Shown here piece by piece: positions 44,845-54,787 of a stretch of 64,000 bases of DNA. The translations under genes were made by a program, and so were the position numbers. The DNA comes from Gammaproteobacteria bacterium. Lineage in GTDB: Bacteria; Pseudomonadota; Gammaproteobacteria; UBA4575. The notes below the pieces were generated by a model. It ran no database searches. It saw only the letters and a list, made by a program, of their open reading frames with translations, and had not been told where the DNA came from. The stretch is from positions 288,001-352,000 of the forward strand of contig CBDCTA010000022.1 of the NCBI GenBank assembly GCA_965221955.1. Direction: 5' to 3'. Position 1 is the first letter of the stretch; every line of letters begins with the position of its first letter.

Positions 44845-45573
44845 ATGGCTTCTACAACACAATACTTTCAGTCTGCCATGAAAAAAGTAGGGCAGTTCAT
44901 TTATCCCAATATGTGTTTACAGTGCGATGCTATTGGTGAGAACGGAATCGATCTTTGTGAGCGTTGTCACCAAGGTTTACCATGGATTAAATATGCCTGT
45001 CAGCAATGTGCGTTACCGTTAGCAAGTATGGATACAAAGCTATGCGGATCATGTAGTAATCGTGAATTCCATTTTGATCAGGCTCACGCACCATTTCAGT
45101 TTGCAGGATTCATCCGTGATGCAGTTTATCAGTTCAAATTTAATCAAAAACTAAATCAAGGGAAACTTTTAGCGCAATTGCTGTTACAACATATTGAAAA
45201 ACAGCAGCTAACAATTCCAGAAATCATTATTCCTGTACCTCTACATAAAAAACGTTTACGTAAACGTGGTTATAATCAAGCGTTAGAAATTGCAAGAATT
45301 CTTAGTAATGCTCTCAATTGTGAATGTACTTATAACAATGTTTATCGTAGCCGAGATACCAGTGTACAAATGGAATTACCTGCCAAACAGCGCTATAAAA
45401 ATGTTAAAGATGCATTTTCGATAAAAGAAAGCGCTACTGTTTTTAAAAACAAACATGTTTGTATTGTTGATGATGTCATGACGACGGGGAATACTGTCAA
45501 CGAAGTTGCAAAATGCTTAAAAAAAGTCGGAACTGCTAAAATTGATGTTTGGTGTATAGCGCGTGTTGCTTAA
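44845..45573 (+). CDS. comF: ComF family amidophosphoribosyltransferase-like competence protein
   Basis: N-terminal CxxC zinc ribbons, [21 protein letters not shown]; start codon uncertain. Confidence 0.93.
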   Translation: MASTTQYFQSAMKKVGQFIYPNMCLQCDAIGENGIDLCERCHQGLPWIKYACQQCALPLASMDTKLCGSCSNREFHFDQAHAPFQFAGFIRDAVYQFKFNQKLNQGKLLAQLLLQHIEKQQLTIPEIIIPVPLHKKRLRKRGYNQALEIARILSNALNCECTYNNVYRSRDTSVQMELPAKQRYKNVKDAFSIKESATVFKNKHVCIVDDVMTTGNTVNEVAKCLKKVGTAKIDVWCIARVA

Positions 45574-45600
45574 GGCCGGTTTTTAGCTTTAAATGGACAA

Positions 45601-45888
45601 TCAATCTATAAGAACTGGGTTGATATGTCTTTCAAAGAAACCTGACGCTAGATCATTACAAAAATCTCTAGAGAAATTTTCGTTTTCCCCAAGAACATAG
45701 CTCTTTTCAATTCCAGTGCTGATACGTGATGCGTACACAATGGCCTTAGGATCAAGAATGCCTTTTTTATATCCTTGTGTCCGCTGAGTAGAAAATTCAA
45801 AGTCTTCTACTGTATACCCATGCTTTTCTATACATGTGATTACTGCAATTAAGTAATTGTCGGTGAGTAATGTGCGATCAAATTCCAT
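45601..45888 (-). CDS. Hypothetical protein (95 aa)
   Basis: Sole ORF filling the comF-ubiA gap, ATG start; no family recognised. Confidence 0.6.
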   Translation of the reverse strand: MEFDRTLLTDNYLIAVITCIEKHGYTVEDFEFSTQRTQGYKKGILDPKAIVYASRISTGIEKSYVLGENENFSRDFCNDLASGFFERHINPVLID

Positions 45889-46041
45889 TTTGATGTCTGA
45901 GTGATCTGATTACAGACTCTAAGTATATAGCGATTTTGAATTTTGATTCAAATATAAATGATTTAGGCTTTTACAGAGTAGTTAAGCAAAGCCGTTGCAA
46001 TAGATTTAAAGCTTTCTACTTTTAGTCAATAGTAGAACTTA

Positions 46042-46944
46042 TCAATTAGTATTAGAAAACAAATAATGAACAAAGATTCCTAAAAATACCAACATGCCAA
46101 AATAATTGTTATTTAAAAAAGCATAAAAACATCGATCAGGTAATCGGTGTTTAATCAGTATTTGTTGATATACAAAACACATACTCGCTAATGCGATACC
46201 TACATAAAATAACCAACCCAGCTCAGCGTTTATTCCAACCAGCACTAAACAAATAATTACTAATACTTGTAGCATACCGACAGCGACTTTATCCATCGGA
46301 CCAAACAATATGGCTGTGGACTTTACGCCAATTTTTATATCATCTTCCCGATCCACCATTGCATATAAAGTGTCATAAGCTGTAGTCCAAATGACAGCCG
46401 CAGTGAATAACAACCAGGCTATGGGCGGTGGAAATTCATTCGTGATTGCAGCGAAGGCCATTGGTATTGAAAATGCGAATGCAATGCCAAGGTGCACTTG
46501 TGGTAAAAAATGAAAACGTTTCATAAACGGATAAGTCGCTGCAAAAAATGCAGCACCAACAGCAAACAATATTGTCAGTTGATTTAAGAAGACCAACGCA
46601 ATTAGAAGAGCTATTATTGCCAACACGGCACAAACCATCAGAGCTTCTTTAGGTTGTACGAGCCCAGCAGCAACAGGACGGTCTCGGGTGCGGCCTATAA
46701 ACCGATCGATATTTCGATCTGCATAATCATTGATAGCACAACCTGCAGAGCGAGTAAGCACAACGCCAATAATAAACACTAATAAAATTTTAATGTCTGG
46801 AATACCATTCGCTGCAATAAAAAGCGCCCATAGAGTGGGCCAAAGTAATAGAAGAATTCCGATTGGTTTATCTAGACGAACCAACTTTGCATATAAAGTT
46901 AAACGATTTATATCTATAGGTGATTTGTTTAAATGCTGAATCAT
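46042..46944 (-). CDS. ubiA: 4-hydroxybenzoate octaprenyltransferase
   Basis: RLDKPIG.LLLLWP, GCAINDYADR, YDTLYAMVDREDD.KIGVKSTA. Confidence 0.97.
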   Translation of the reverse strand: MIQHLNKSPIDINRLTLYAKLVRLDKPIGILLLLWPTLWALFIAANGIPDIKILLVFIIGVVLTRSAGCAINDYADRNIDRFIGRTRDRPVAAGLVQPKEALMVCAVLAIIALLIALVFLNQLTILFAVGAAFFAATYPFMKRFHFLPQVHLGIAFAFSIPMAFAAITNEFPPPIAWLLFTAAVIWTTAYDTLYAMVDREDDIKIGVKSTAILFGPMDKVAVGMLQVLVIICLVLVGINAELGWLFYVGIALASMCFVYQQILIKHRLPDRCFYAFLNNNYFGMLVFLGIFVHYLFSNTN

Positions 46945-46991
46945 GATTACGTTTACAAATTGTGTTTTATAAACATTGAATTACAGGCCAC

Positions 46992-47837
46992 TTAAAGACT
47001 CGGTTTTGGTGCGAGGTCTGGACGAAAGTAATGATAGGCCATACCCGTGTCAGGTCGTTTGCCGTGCCACAAATAAAAGGCTTCTGCTGCTTGTTCTAAT
47101 AGCATACCGAAACCATCGACCACCTGTTTTGCACCTTGTTGTTTAGCCCATTGCATAAAAGGTGTGTCTTGATTACTGTACAAAAGATCATAGCAACAGG
47201 TATTAAGACTGATGATTTCGATAGGAAGTTCAACATTGTTGTCTTGTAGGCCCGCAGAGGTGGCGTGTAGAACTAAATCAAAGTTTTGTTTTGGAATATC
47301 GCCCAACGCACAGCTAGCAATATTTCCAAACTTGTTAAATTGATTGGCAATAGCATCTGCTTTGCTCACAGTACGATTCGCAATGATTAATTCAGCTGGG
47401 CTTTCTTGTAACAAGGGTTCAACGATTCCTTGCGTTGCGCCTCCGGCTCCGACGATAAGAATTTTTTTATCCGATAATTGTAAGCGTAAAGTTTTTTTCA
47501 AATCGCGTAGTAACCCAATACCATCAGTATTTGCGCCTACAAATTTTCCAGAACTGTTTTTATAAATTGTATTCACAGCACCAGCATGTTCAGCATATTC
47601 ACTTAGCTCATCAACAAATTTACAAGCAGCATTTTTAAACGGCACGGTTACATTTAATCCTTTACCGCCACGATTGAAAAAATCGTTCACTGTATCGTTG
47701 AACTCATTTTCTTCAGCCAATATTTTTTCATAACTAAGCATTTCGCCTGTTTGATCTGCAAATAAAAGGTGAATGTCAGGAGATTTGCTGTGTTCGATGG
47801 GGTTGCCGATTACAGCATAACGATCAACGTTACTCAC
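46992..47837 (-). CDS. aroE: Shikimate dehydrogenase
   Basis: GNPI.HSKSP, G.NVTVPFK, GAVNT, NTDG.G, GAGGA, GML.EQAA. Confidence 0.97.
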   Translation of the reverse strand: MSNVDRYAVIGNPIEHSKSPDIHLLFADQTGEMLSYEKILAEENEFNDTVNDFFNRGGKGLNVTVPFKNAACKFVDELSEYAEHAGAVNTIYKNSSGKFVGANTDGIGLLRDLKKTLRLQLSDKKILIVGAGGATQGIVEPLLQESPAELIIANRTVSKADAIANQFNKFGNIASCALGDIPKQNFDLVLHATSAGLQDNNVELPIEIISLNTCCYDLLYSNQDTPFMQWAKQQGAKQVVDGFGMLLEQAAEAFYLWHGKRPDTGMAYHYFRPDLAPKPSL

Positions 47838-47846
47838 AACTAAGAC

Positions 47847-48863
<1,017 letters not shown>

Positions 48864-48915
48864 CTAGATTACTGAATTGAAAGCTTAACGGGGCAATATT
48901 GAGAATGGGTTGTGA

Positions 48916-48959
48916 GCATAGGGATATGCGAATAAGAGTAGCAACAGGGATGTTGCTAC
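48916..48959 (+). ncRNA. Tandem GGGA-loop hairpins, candidate Csr/Rsm-binding RNA element
   Basis: GCATA-GGGA-TATGC (48916-48929) and GTAGCAACA-GGGA-TGTTGCTAC (48938-48959). Confidence 0.4.
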
Positions 48960-48983
48960 AGAATAAAGTAAGGTGATTTTAAT

Positions 48984-49013
48984 AATGTCTGCTTTCGGCC
49001 AATAGCGGTCATT
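48984..49013 (-). repeat. 30-bp cassette-flanking site, copy 4 (core class B)
   Basis: Minus strand AATGACCGCT-ATTGGCCGAA-AGCAGACATT; 28/30 identical to copy 2. Confidence 0.88.
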
Positions 49014-49041
49014 CGCCACCATACTTACGAATCAATGATTC

Positions 49042-49236
49042 TTAATCTATATTAAAAACTTGCAAAGGCTTTGCCTTATCGTCCTTTGAGCTTTCCATTT
49101 CATATAGCCAAGGAGGTTTGTCTTTTATATAAGTAAGATATGGATATCTTCTTATTACCTCATAAGGATCATTGGCATTTATATAAAGCCAAAGACCTCC
49201 CATTCCATAGTCATGACAAAATAAATATTTTTGCAT
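49042..49236 (-). CDS. Small hypothetical protein with DYGMGGLW motif (possibly truncated)
   Basis: 64-aa AT-rich ORF exactly bracketed by repeat copies 5 and 4. The reading frame stays open for 10 codons past the TAA. Confidence 0.6.
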   Translation of the reverse strand: MQKYLFCHDYGMGGLWLYINANDPYEVIRRYPYLTYIKDKPPWLYEMESSKDDKAKPLQVFNID

Positions 49237-49251
49237 TTATCTTAAATGTAT

Positions 49252-49282
49252 AATGTCCGGCTTTGGATCGTTAGCGGACATT
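49252..49282 (-). repeat. Cassette-flanking site, copy 5 (core class A, 31 bp)
   Basis: Minus strand AATGTCCGCT-AACGATCCAA-AGCCGGACATT. The arms are perfect inverted repeats apart from one extra base, and the core is 9/10 identical to copy 1. Confidence 0.88.
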
Positions 49283-49390
49283 TTGAAAATTTGTCAACTT
49301 GCTTTTAATAATCAGTGCACCTAAAGCTTTGAAATGGTCTTTTTCATTCCTCGATGGATAGCATGATTCGCACATTAAACGTGTGCCCAC

Positions 49391-49406
49391 GCTTTGGTTC
49401 GTTAGC
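49391..49406 (-). repeat. Partial cassette-flanking site, copy 6 (inner arms plus class A core)
   Basis: GCTTTGGTTCGTTAGC is 15/16 identical to 49260-49275; 9 bp past the hemF stop. Confidence 0.6.
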
Positions 49407-49415
49407 ATGTGATAT

Positions 49416-50327
49416 TTAGATCCATTCTCGTACTGGTAAAAACTCCGTATACAGTTTTTCTTCTTCACTGCTTGGTTCTGGATGGTAATCATATTCCCAA
49501 CGCACATTGGGAGGTAGTGACATTAAAATCGATTCCGTGCGCCCACCAGATTGCAAGCCAAATAAGGTGCCACGGTCATAGACCAAGTTAAATTCCACAT
49601 AACGGCCACGACGATAGAGTTGAAAATTTCGTTGTCTTTCATTAAATTTGTGATCTTTGCGTTTTTCAACGATAGGTAAGTACGCTTTGGTAAAATGATC
49701 TCCGACACTTTTGATTAGATTAAAATTTTTTTCAAAGCCACCTTCATTGATGTCATCAAAAAATAAACCACCTACACCACGTGCTTCGTTGCGATGTTTA
49801 ATATAAAAATATTCATCACACCATTGTTTAAATCTTGGGTAATAACTTTCATCTACCGCATCGCAGGCTTGTTTTGCAGTTTGGTGCCAAAATACGGTAT
49901 CTTCTTTAAAACCGTAATAGGGCGTGAGATCAAACCCGCCACCAAACCACCACACCGGTTCTTCACCTTCTTTTTCGGCAATGAAAAACCGCACATTGCA
50001 ATGTGAGGTGGGCACGAAAGGATTGTTTGGGTGAATAACTAAAGACACGCCCATTGCCTGGAAGTTACGTCCAGCTAATTCGGGTCGTTGTGTAGTTGCG
50101 GCAGGAGGAAGATTGTTGCCAAAAACATGTGAAAACCCTACTCCTGCTTGCTCGAATACTCCACCATTTTGCAATACACGTGTCCGCCCTCCACCGCCAT
50201 CTGGTCGTTCCCAATCGTCTTGCTTAAATTTTGCAACGGCATCGAGGTTTTCAACTTCTGTGCAAATGTTGTCTTGTAGGTTTTTTAGATAATCTAAAAC
50301 CTTATCGGTATTGGGTTGCATTGTCAT
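49416..50327 (-). CDS. hemF: Oxygen-dependent coproporphyrinogen III oxidase
   Basis: [61 protein letters not shown]. Confidence 0.98.
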   Translation of the reverse strand: MTMQPNTDKVLDYLKNLQDNICTEVENLDAVAKFKQDDWERPDGGGGRTRVLQNGGVFEQAGVGFSHVFGNNLPPAATTQRPELAGRNFQAMGVSLVIHPNNPFVPTSHCNVRFFIAEKEGEEPVWWFGGGFDLTPYYGFKEDTVFWHQTAKQACDAVDESYYPRFKQWCDEYFYIKHRNEARGVGGLFFDDINEGGFEKNFNLIKSVGDHFTKAYLPIVEKRKDHKFNERQRNFQLYRRGRYVEFNLVYDRGTLFGLQSGGRTESILMSLPPNVRWEYDYHPEPSSEEEKLYTEFLPVREWI

Positions 50328-50339
50328 AGTTATTTTTTA

Positions 50340-50885
50340 TTAATTTGAACGCAGAATTTTCCCACTTAGTAAATCGCATATCTGGCTAGGTGTACCTGAT
50401 CCAGCGCAATCAATGAGGACATAGTCTACGTGAGGACCAAACCAATCTCGAATTTCACTTTGTGAAGCGAGTGTTTTATAAGATGAAATGTTTGCACTGG
50501 TAGAGATAATTCCATTTGCCACAATCGCTAATGGAGTGGCTATAGGGTGATTCGTAATTCGAACCGCTACTTTGTTATGCGCCCCTGTGACCCAGTTGGG
50601 CACGGTATCGTTTTTTGGAACCAGCCAAGTTGTTTTTTCTTTTTCAGTGATGTTAGTGATCTGCTCTTTACTGAGGGGCTGTGAATAGTGTTGCAGTGTT
50701 GCAATGCTCTCAACAACTACAATCAGACCATTTTCAATTGCACGGTTTTTCAACCATAAGATCCGATGAACTGCTTCTTGGTTATATGGATCACAACCCA
50801 AACCTAAAACGGTTTCAGTTGAGTAGGCGATTACACCGCCATGTTGAAGGATGTTTTGTGCTTGAGAAACTTGATTATTTAGCAC
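50340..50885 (-). CDS. tsaC: Threonylcarbamoyl-AMP synthase (Sua5/YrdC)
   Basis: GGVIAYSTETVLGLGCDP, K.R, AVRIT.HP, STSANIS. Confidence 0.93.
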   Translation of the reverse strand: MLNNQVSQAQNILQHGGVIAYSTETVLGLGCDPYNQEAVHRILWLKNRAIENGLIVVVESIATLQHYSQPLSKEQITNITEKEKTTWLVPKNDTVPNWVTGAHNKVAVRITNHPIATPLAIVANGIISTSANISSYKTLASQSEIRDWFGPHVDYVLIDCAGSGTPSQICDLLSGKILRSN

Positions 50886-50887
50886 AT

Positions 50888-53356
50888 TTATTCGCTGGAG
50901 CTGCTGTCGTCACCTGTAGCAGTTTTTTTGCTAGTCGTTTTCTTTGTAGCAGTTTTCTTTTTTGTGGATGCTTTTTTCTTCTTAGGCGCAGCCTTCTTTT
51001 TCTTCGCAGGGGCTTTCTTCTTAGTAGCTGTTTTTTTCTTTGGTGCGGCTTTCTTTTTACGACCCCATTTTTTCTCAGGAGCTTCTTCGATCATCTTCTT
51101 GCATTCTTCAAGGCTATAGCCTTTAGGGTCGGTGTCTTTAGGGATCTTCACATTCTTATTGCCATCCGTCATATACGGACCATAACGCCCATTTAGAATT
51201 TGAATGCCTTCTTCTTCCCAGTTGCGAATGATTTTTTCTGCATCGGCTTTTTTCTTCTCGGCAACAAGCACCAATGCCTCATCAAGCTTAATTGTGTAAG
51301 GGTCGAGACCGCTATCTTTTTTGATCGATACATATTTACTGCCGTATTTAACATACGGACCAAAGCGACCAATACTAGCAGAAACTTTTTCACCTTCTTC
51401 TGTTTCACCCAAATCTCTAGGTAATTTGAATAACTCCATCGCTTCTTCGAAAGTGATGTCTGCCATTTTTTGACCAGGCAATAATCCCGCAAACTTAGGT
51501 TTTTCTTCGTCATCACGTGTGCCAATTTGTACAAAGGGCCCATACCGGCCCATGCGTACACTTACAGGTTTGCCAGATTTTGGATCAGTACCTAATTCTC
51601 TTGCCTGAACCGCTTCTTCACGTGTGACACTTTCTTCTTTATCTGCAACTAGTGTATTAAAAGGTTTCCAAAACTTGTGCATCACCGGCACCCAGTCTTT
51701 TTCACCTCGCGAGATTTCATCTAGATCATCCTCTAAGCGTGCAGTGAAATCGTAATCCACATATTGAGTGAAATGCTTGGTTAAAAAGTCATTTACGATG
51801 CGGCCCATTTCAGTAGGGGTAAAACGACGATTTTCTACTTCTGCATATTCACGATACTGCAAAGTCGAAATGATACTTGCATAAGTAGATGGACGACCAA
51901 TGCCATACTCTTCGAGTGTTTTAACTAGACTCGCTTCAGTAAATCTTGGTGGCGGCTCGGTAAAGTGTTGTTCGGCACGAATTTGATTAAGTTTAACTTT
52001 CTCACCAATGTCGAAATTAGGCAGCATCTTTTCATCTGGCTCATCTTTTTTATCATCTGTGCCTTCCAAGTAAAGCTGCATGAAGCCTGGCGTTTTAATT
52101 GATGAACCCGTGGCGCGGAAAATATTGCCCTCACCACAAGAAAATTCAACGGCAACCATGTCCAAAGTTGCATGTATCATTTGACTGGCAACCGCTCGTT
52201 TCCAAATTAAGGTGTAGAGTTTTTGTTGATCAGTGCTTAAAAACTTTTTGACTTCATCCGGGGTGCGCATGAATGAAGTGGGGCGAATCGCTTCATGTGC
52301 CTCTTGTGCGTTTTTAGATTTGGTTTTAAAAGTTCGAACTTCATCCGGTAAATTTTCTTTGCCGTATTTATCCGTTATAAATGAACGTAATTCATCAATG
52401 GCTTCTTGGGCTAGTACCACAGAGTCGGTACGCATATAGGTGATTAATCCTATCGGGCCATCACCCAAGTCGATGCCTTCATATAATTGCTGTGCAACAC
52501 GCATAGTTTTCTGTGCAGAGAAACGCAGCTTACGCACTGCTTCTTGTTGCATGGTTGAAGTAATAAACGGTGCTGCAGGGTTGCGCACACGTTCTTTTTT
52601 ATCAACCGTCTTTACGATTAATTGACCATTGGCATTCTTTTCTAATAATTCTTTTGCTTCTGTGGCATCTTTTTCATTATTAATATCAAATTGTTTGAGC
52701 TTGTTGTCTTTATAGATTGAAAGCTTTGATAAAAATTCTTGTTTGTCTTTTTCGCAGTCTCCCTCAATGGTCCAATATTCCTGTGGGACAAATTTTTCTA
52801 TTTCAGCTTCACGTTCACATAAAAGCCGTAACGCAGGACTTTGTACACGGCCCGCGGAGAGTCCGCGTTTAATTTTTTTCCAAAGTAGTGGAGAGAGGTT
52901 AAAGCCAACTAAATAATCTAATGCGCGACGTGCAAGCTGTGCATTAATAAGGTCATCAGATAGTTTGCGAGGGTTTTCTACGGCATGGTTTACTGCGCTT
53001 TTAGTAATCTCATGGAACACGACTCGATATACTTCTTTATCATCCAATAAACCGCGGTCTTTTAATAATTCATAAAGATGCCATGAAATAGCCTCTCCTT
53101 CGCGATCCGGGTCAGTGGCTAAATATAAAGCATCAGACTTTTTCAATGCTTTGGTGATGGCATTAACGTGCTTTTCATTCTTTTCGATGATTTCATATTT
53201 CATCTCAAAGTCATTTTCAGGATCAACAGCTCCTTCTTTAGGCACTAAGTCGCGTACGTGACCATAGGATGCGAGCACACCAAAGTCTTTACCAAGATAT
53301 TTTTCAATCGTTTTGGCTTTCGCTGGAGATTCTACAATGACTAAATTTTTACTCAT
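50888..53356 (-). CDS. topA: DNA topoisomerase I
   Basis: LVIVESPAKAKTI, ATDPDREGE, SAGRVQS, ITYMRTDS, EAHEAIRPT; C-terminal GRYGPY repeats and a Lys-rich tail. Confidence 0.99.
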   Translation of the reverse strand: MSKNLVIVESPAKAKTIEKYLGKDFGVLASYGHVRDLVPKEGAVDPENDFEMKYEIIEKNEKHVNAITKALKKSDALYLATDPDREGEAISWHLYELLKDRGLLDDKEVYRVVFHEITKSAVNHAVENPRKLSDDLINAQLARRALDYLVGFNLSPLLWKKIKRGLSAGRVQSPALRLLCEREAEIEKFVPQEYWTIEGDCEKDKQEFLSKLSIYKDNKLKQFDINNEKDATEAKELLEKNANGQLIVKTVDKKERVRNPAAPFITSTMQQEAVRKLRFSAQKTMRVAQQLYEGIDLGDGPIGLITYMRTDSVVLAQEAIDELRSFITDKYGKENLPDEVRTFKTKSKNAQEAHEAIRPTSFMRTPDEVKKFLSTDQQKLYTLIWKRAVASQMIHATLDMVAVEFSCGEGNIFRATGSSIKTPGFMQLYLEGTDDKKDEPDEKMLPNFDIGEKVKLNQIRAEQHFTEPPPRFTEASLVKTLEEYGIGRPSTYASIISTLQYREYAEVENRRFTPTEMGRIVNDFLTKHFTQYVDYDFTARLEDDLDEISRGEKDWVPVMHKFWKPFNTLVADKEESVTREEAVQARELGTDPKSGKPVSVRMGRYGPFVQIGTRDDEEKPKFAGLLPGQKMADITFEEAMELFKLPRDLGETEEGEKVSASIGRFGPYVKYGSKYVSIKKDSGLDPYTIKLDEALVLVAEKKKADAEKIIRNWEEEGIQILNGRYGPYMTDGNKNVKIPKDTDPKGYSLEECKKMIEEAPEKKWGRKKKAAPKKKTATKKKAPAKKKKAAPKKKKASTKKKTATKKTTSKKTATGDDSSSSE

Positions 53357-53507
53357 CGACAGTACAAATTTCTGAATATAAATGCCTGTTGCTTATTAAT
53401 AAGACTTATGGCGGCGAACTATTACGCGTTTCTTGGGCATTTGTAAATGCTTATTCAATTATTCTTTTTATAAATTTTCGCAAAGACTGCGTTTTTTCAG
53501 ACAAAAT

Positions 53508-54662
53508 TTAACTATGGGTAGGTGTTTCTCGATCGATGTGGGTGCGAATATATACGCCGTTACCATGGTGTATAACTTGGTTATTCAGCTCTAAAATCAA
53601 AAGGATAGATGACACCACCTCTACTGCTAAGCCACTACGCTCGATGATTTCATCTATATTGATGGGTTCAAAATCCATGCAATGTAAAATTTTTGCATGT
53701 TGTGGGTCTAAAGAAGGAGTTTCATCTATTGCATTGTTATCAACAGTGCGGTTTGGAGATATTTGCAGAGCGTTTAAGTCTATAAGATGTTTAAACTCTT
53801 CTAAGATATCTTCTACAGTTTCTACGAGTTTTGCACCGTTACGAATTAGAGTATGACAACCTTTTGCAAGTGGATTATGAATTGATCCAGGAATGGCAAA
53901 TACTTCACGACCTTGCTCGGTAGCTAAGCGTGCAGTAATGAGTGAACCACTTTTCATCGAAGCCTCGATAACCAATACACCCAAACTTAAGCCACTAATA
54001 ATGCGATTGCGCCGTGGGAAATGACCAGGTGTGGGTGATGTGCCAATTGGGAATTCGGAAATAATTAAGCCACGCTCAGCAATTTGTTCAGCAAGCCGAC
54101 GGTGTTCTGCAGGGTAGACACGATCTAGACCACAGGCAGCAACCGCAATCGTACTACCAATATCTGCCTGCAGCGCACCGCGATGTGCGGCACCATCAAT
54201 ACCACTTGCTAAGCCGCTAGTAATCACTAATCCGCTCTGTGCTAATTGCTCGGCAAAACAGTTAGCTAGTTCTTTACCTTGAGCACTGGCATTGCGACTA
54301 CCTACGATTCCTAGTTGAGGGTCAGACAGCAAGTCTTTTGCATGTGATGGTTTTCCCAACGCATATAAAACATAAGGAGGGTTAGCAATTTGTTTGAGTA
54401 ATTCTGGATAGGCGTTATCTTGTATGCTAATTAAATGATGATTTTCATGTTCTAACCAAAGTAAATCTTTTTGGATGGCGACTTCATTAGGAGCTTGCAA
54501 ACCGTTAATAACAGCTTGATTAATGCCTAATGATTGCAACTCACTGCGGCATGCATTAAGCACAGCATTGGGTGAATCAAAGTGCTGAAATAGTTTATGT
54601 AATGTAGCAGGCCCAAGTTTGTTGACATGGGTTAAGCTCAGCCAAGCTTCGGTTTGTTGCAT
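53508..54662 (-). CDS. dprA: DNA-processing protein DprA
   Basis: IVGSR, SGLA.GIDGAAH, FPRRNRIISGLS, SGSLITA, GREVFAIPGSI. Start placed at MQQTE. Confidence 0.97.
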   Translation of the reverse strand: MQQTEAWLSLTHVNKLGPATLHKLFQHFDSPNAVLNACRSELQSLGINQAVINGLQAPNEVAIQKDLLWLEHENHHLISIQDNAYPELLKQIANPPYVLYALGKPSHAKDLLSDPQLGIVGSRNASAQGKELANCFAEQLAQSGLVITSGLASGIDGAAHRGALQADIGSTIAVAACGLDRVYPAEHRRLAEQIAERGLIISEFPIGTSPTPGHFPRRNRIISGLSLGVLVIEASMKSGSLITARLATEQGREVFAIPGSIHNPLAKGCHTLIRNGAKLVETVEDILEEFKHLIDLNALQISPNRTVDNNAIDETPSLDPQHAKILHCMDFEPINIDEIIERSGLAVEVVSSILLILELNNQVIHHGNGVYIRTHIDRETPTHS

Positions 54663-54727
54663 TGATGTCGCTATGATCGTTTTGTCCCTGCTACGGATTG
54701 TAGCGATAAACAAGCAAAGCACAAACG

Positions 54728-54760
54728 AAAAGAATCCCTTAAGACGTAAAGTCTTAAGGG
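54728..54760 (-). terminator. Intrinsic terminator after the LysM gene
   Basis: CCCTTAAGAC-5 nt-GTCTTAAGGG followed by ATTCTTTT on the minus strand. Confidence 0.65.
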
Positions 54761-54787
54761 TTGTTATTCTTAGTATTAAAGAATGTT

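Noticed and set aside
49271-49507. 78-aa ORF overlapping the hemF 3' end
   Set aside because: The first half is an alternative frame of hemF. Only the last 34 codons lie in the inter-site interval, and they are treated as a possible remnant.
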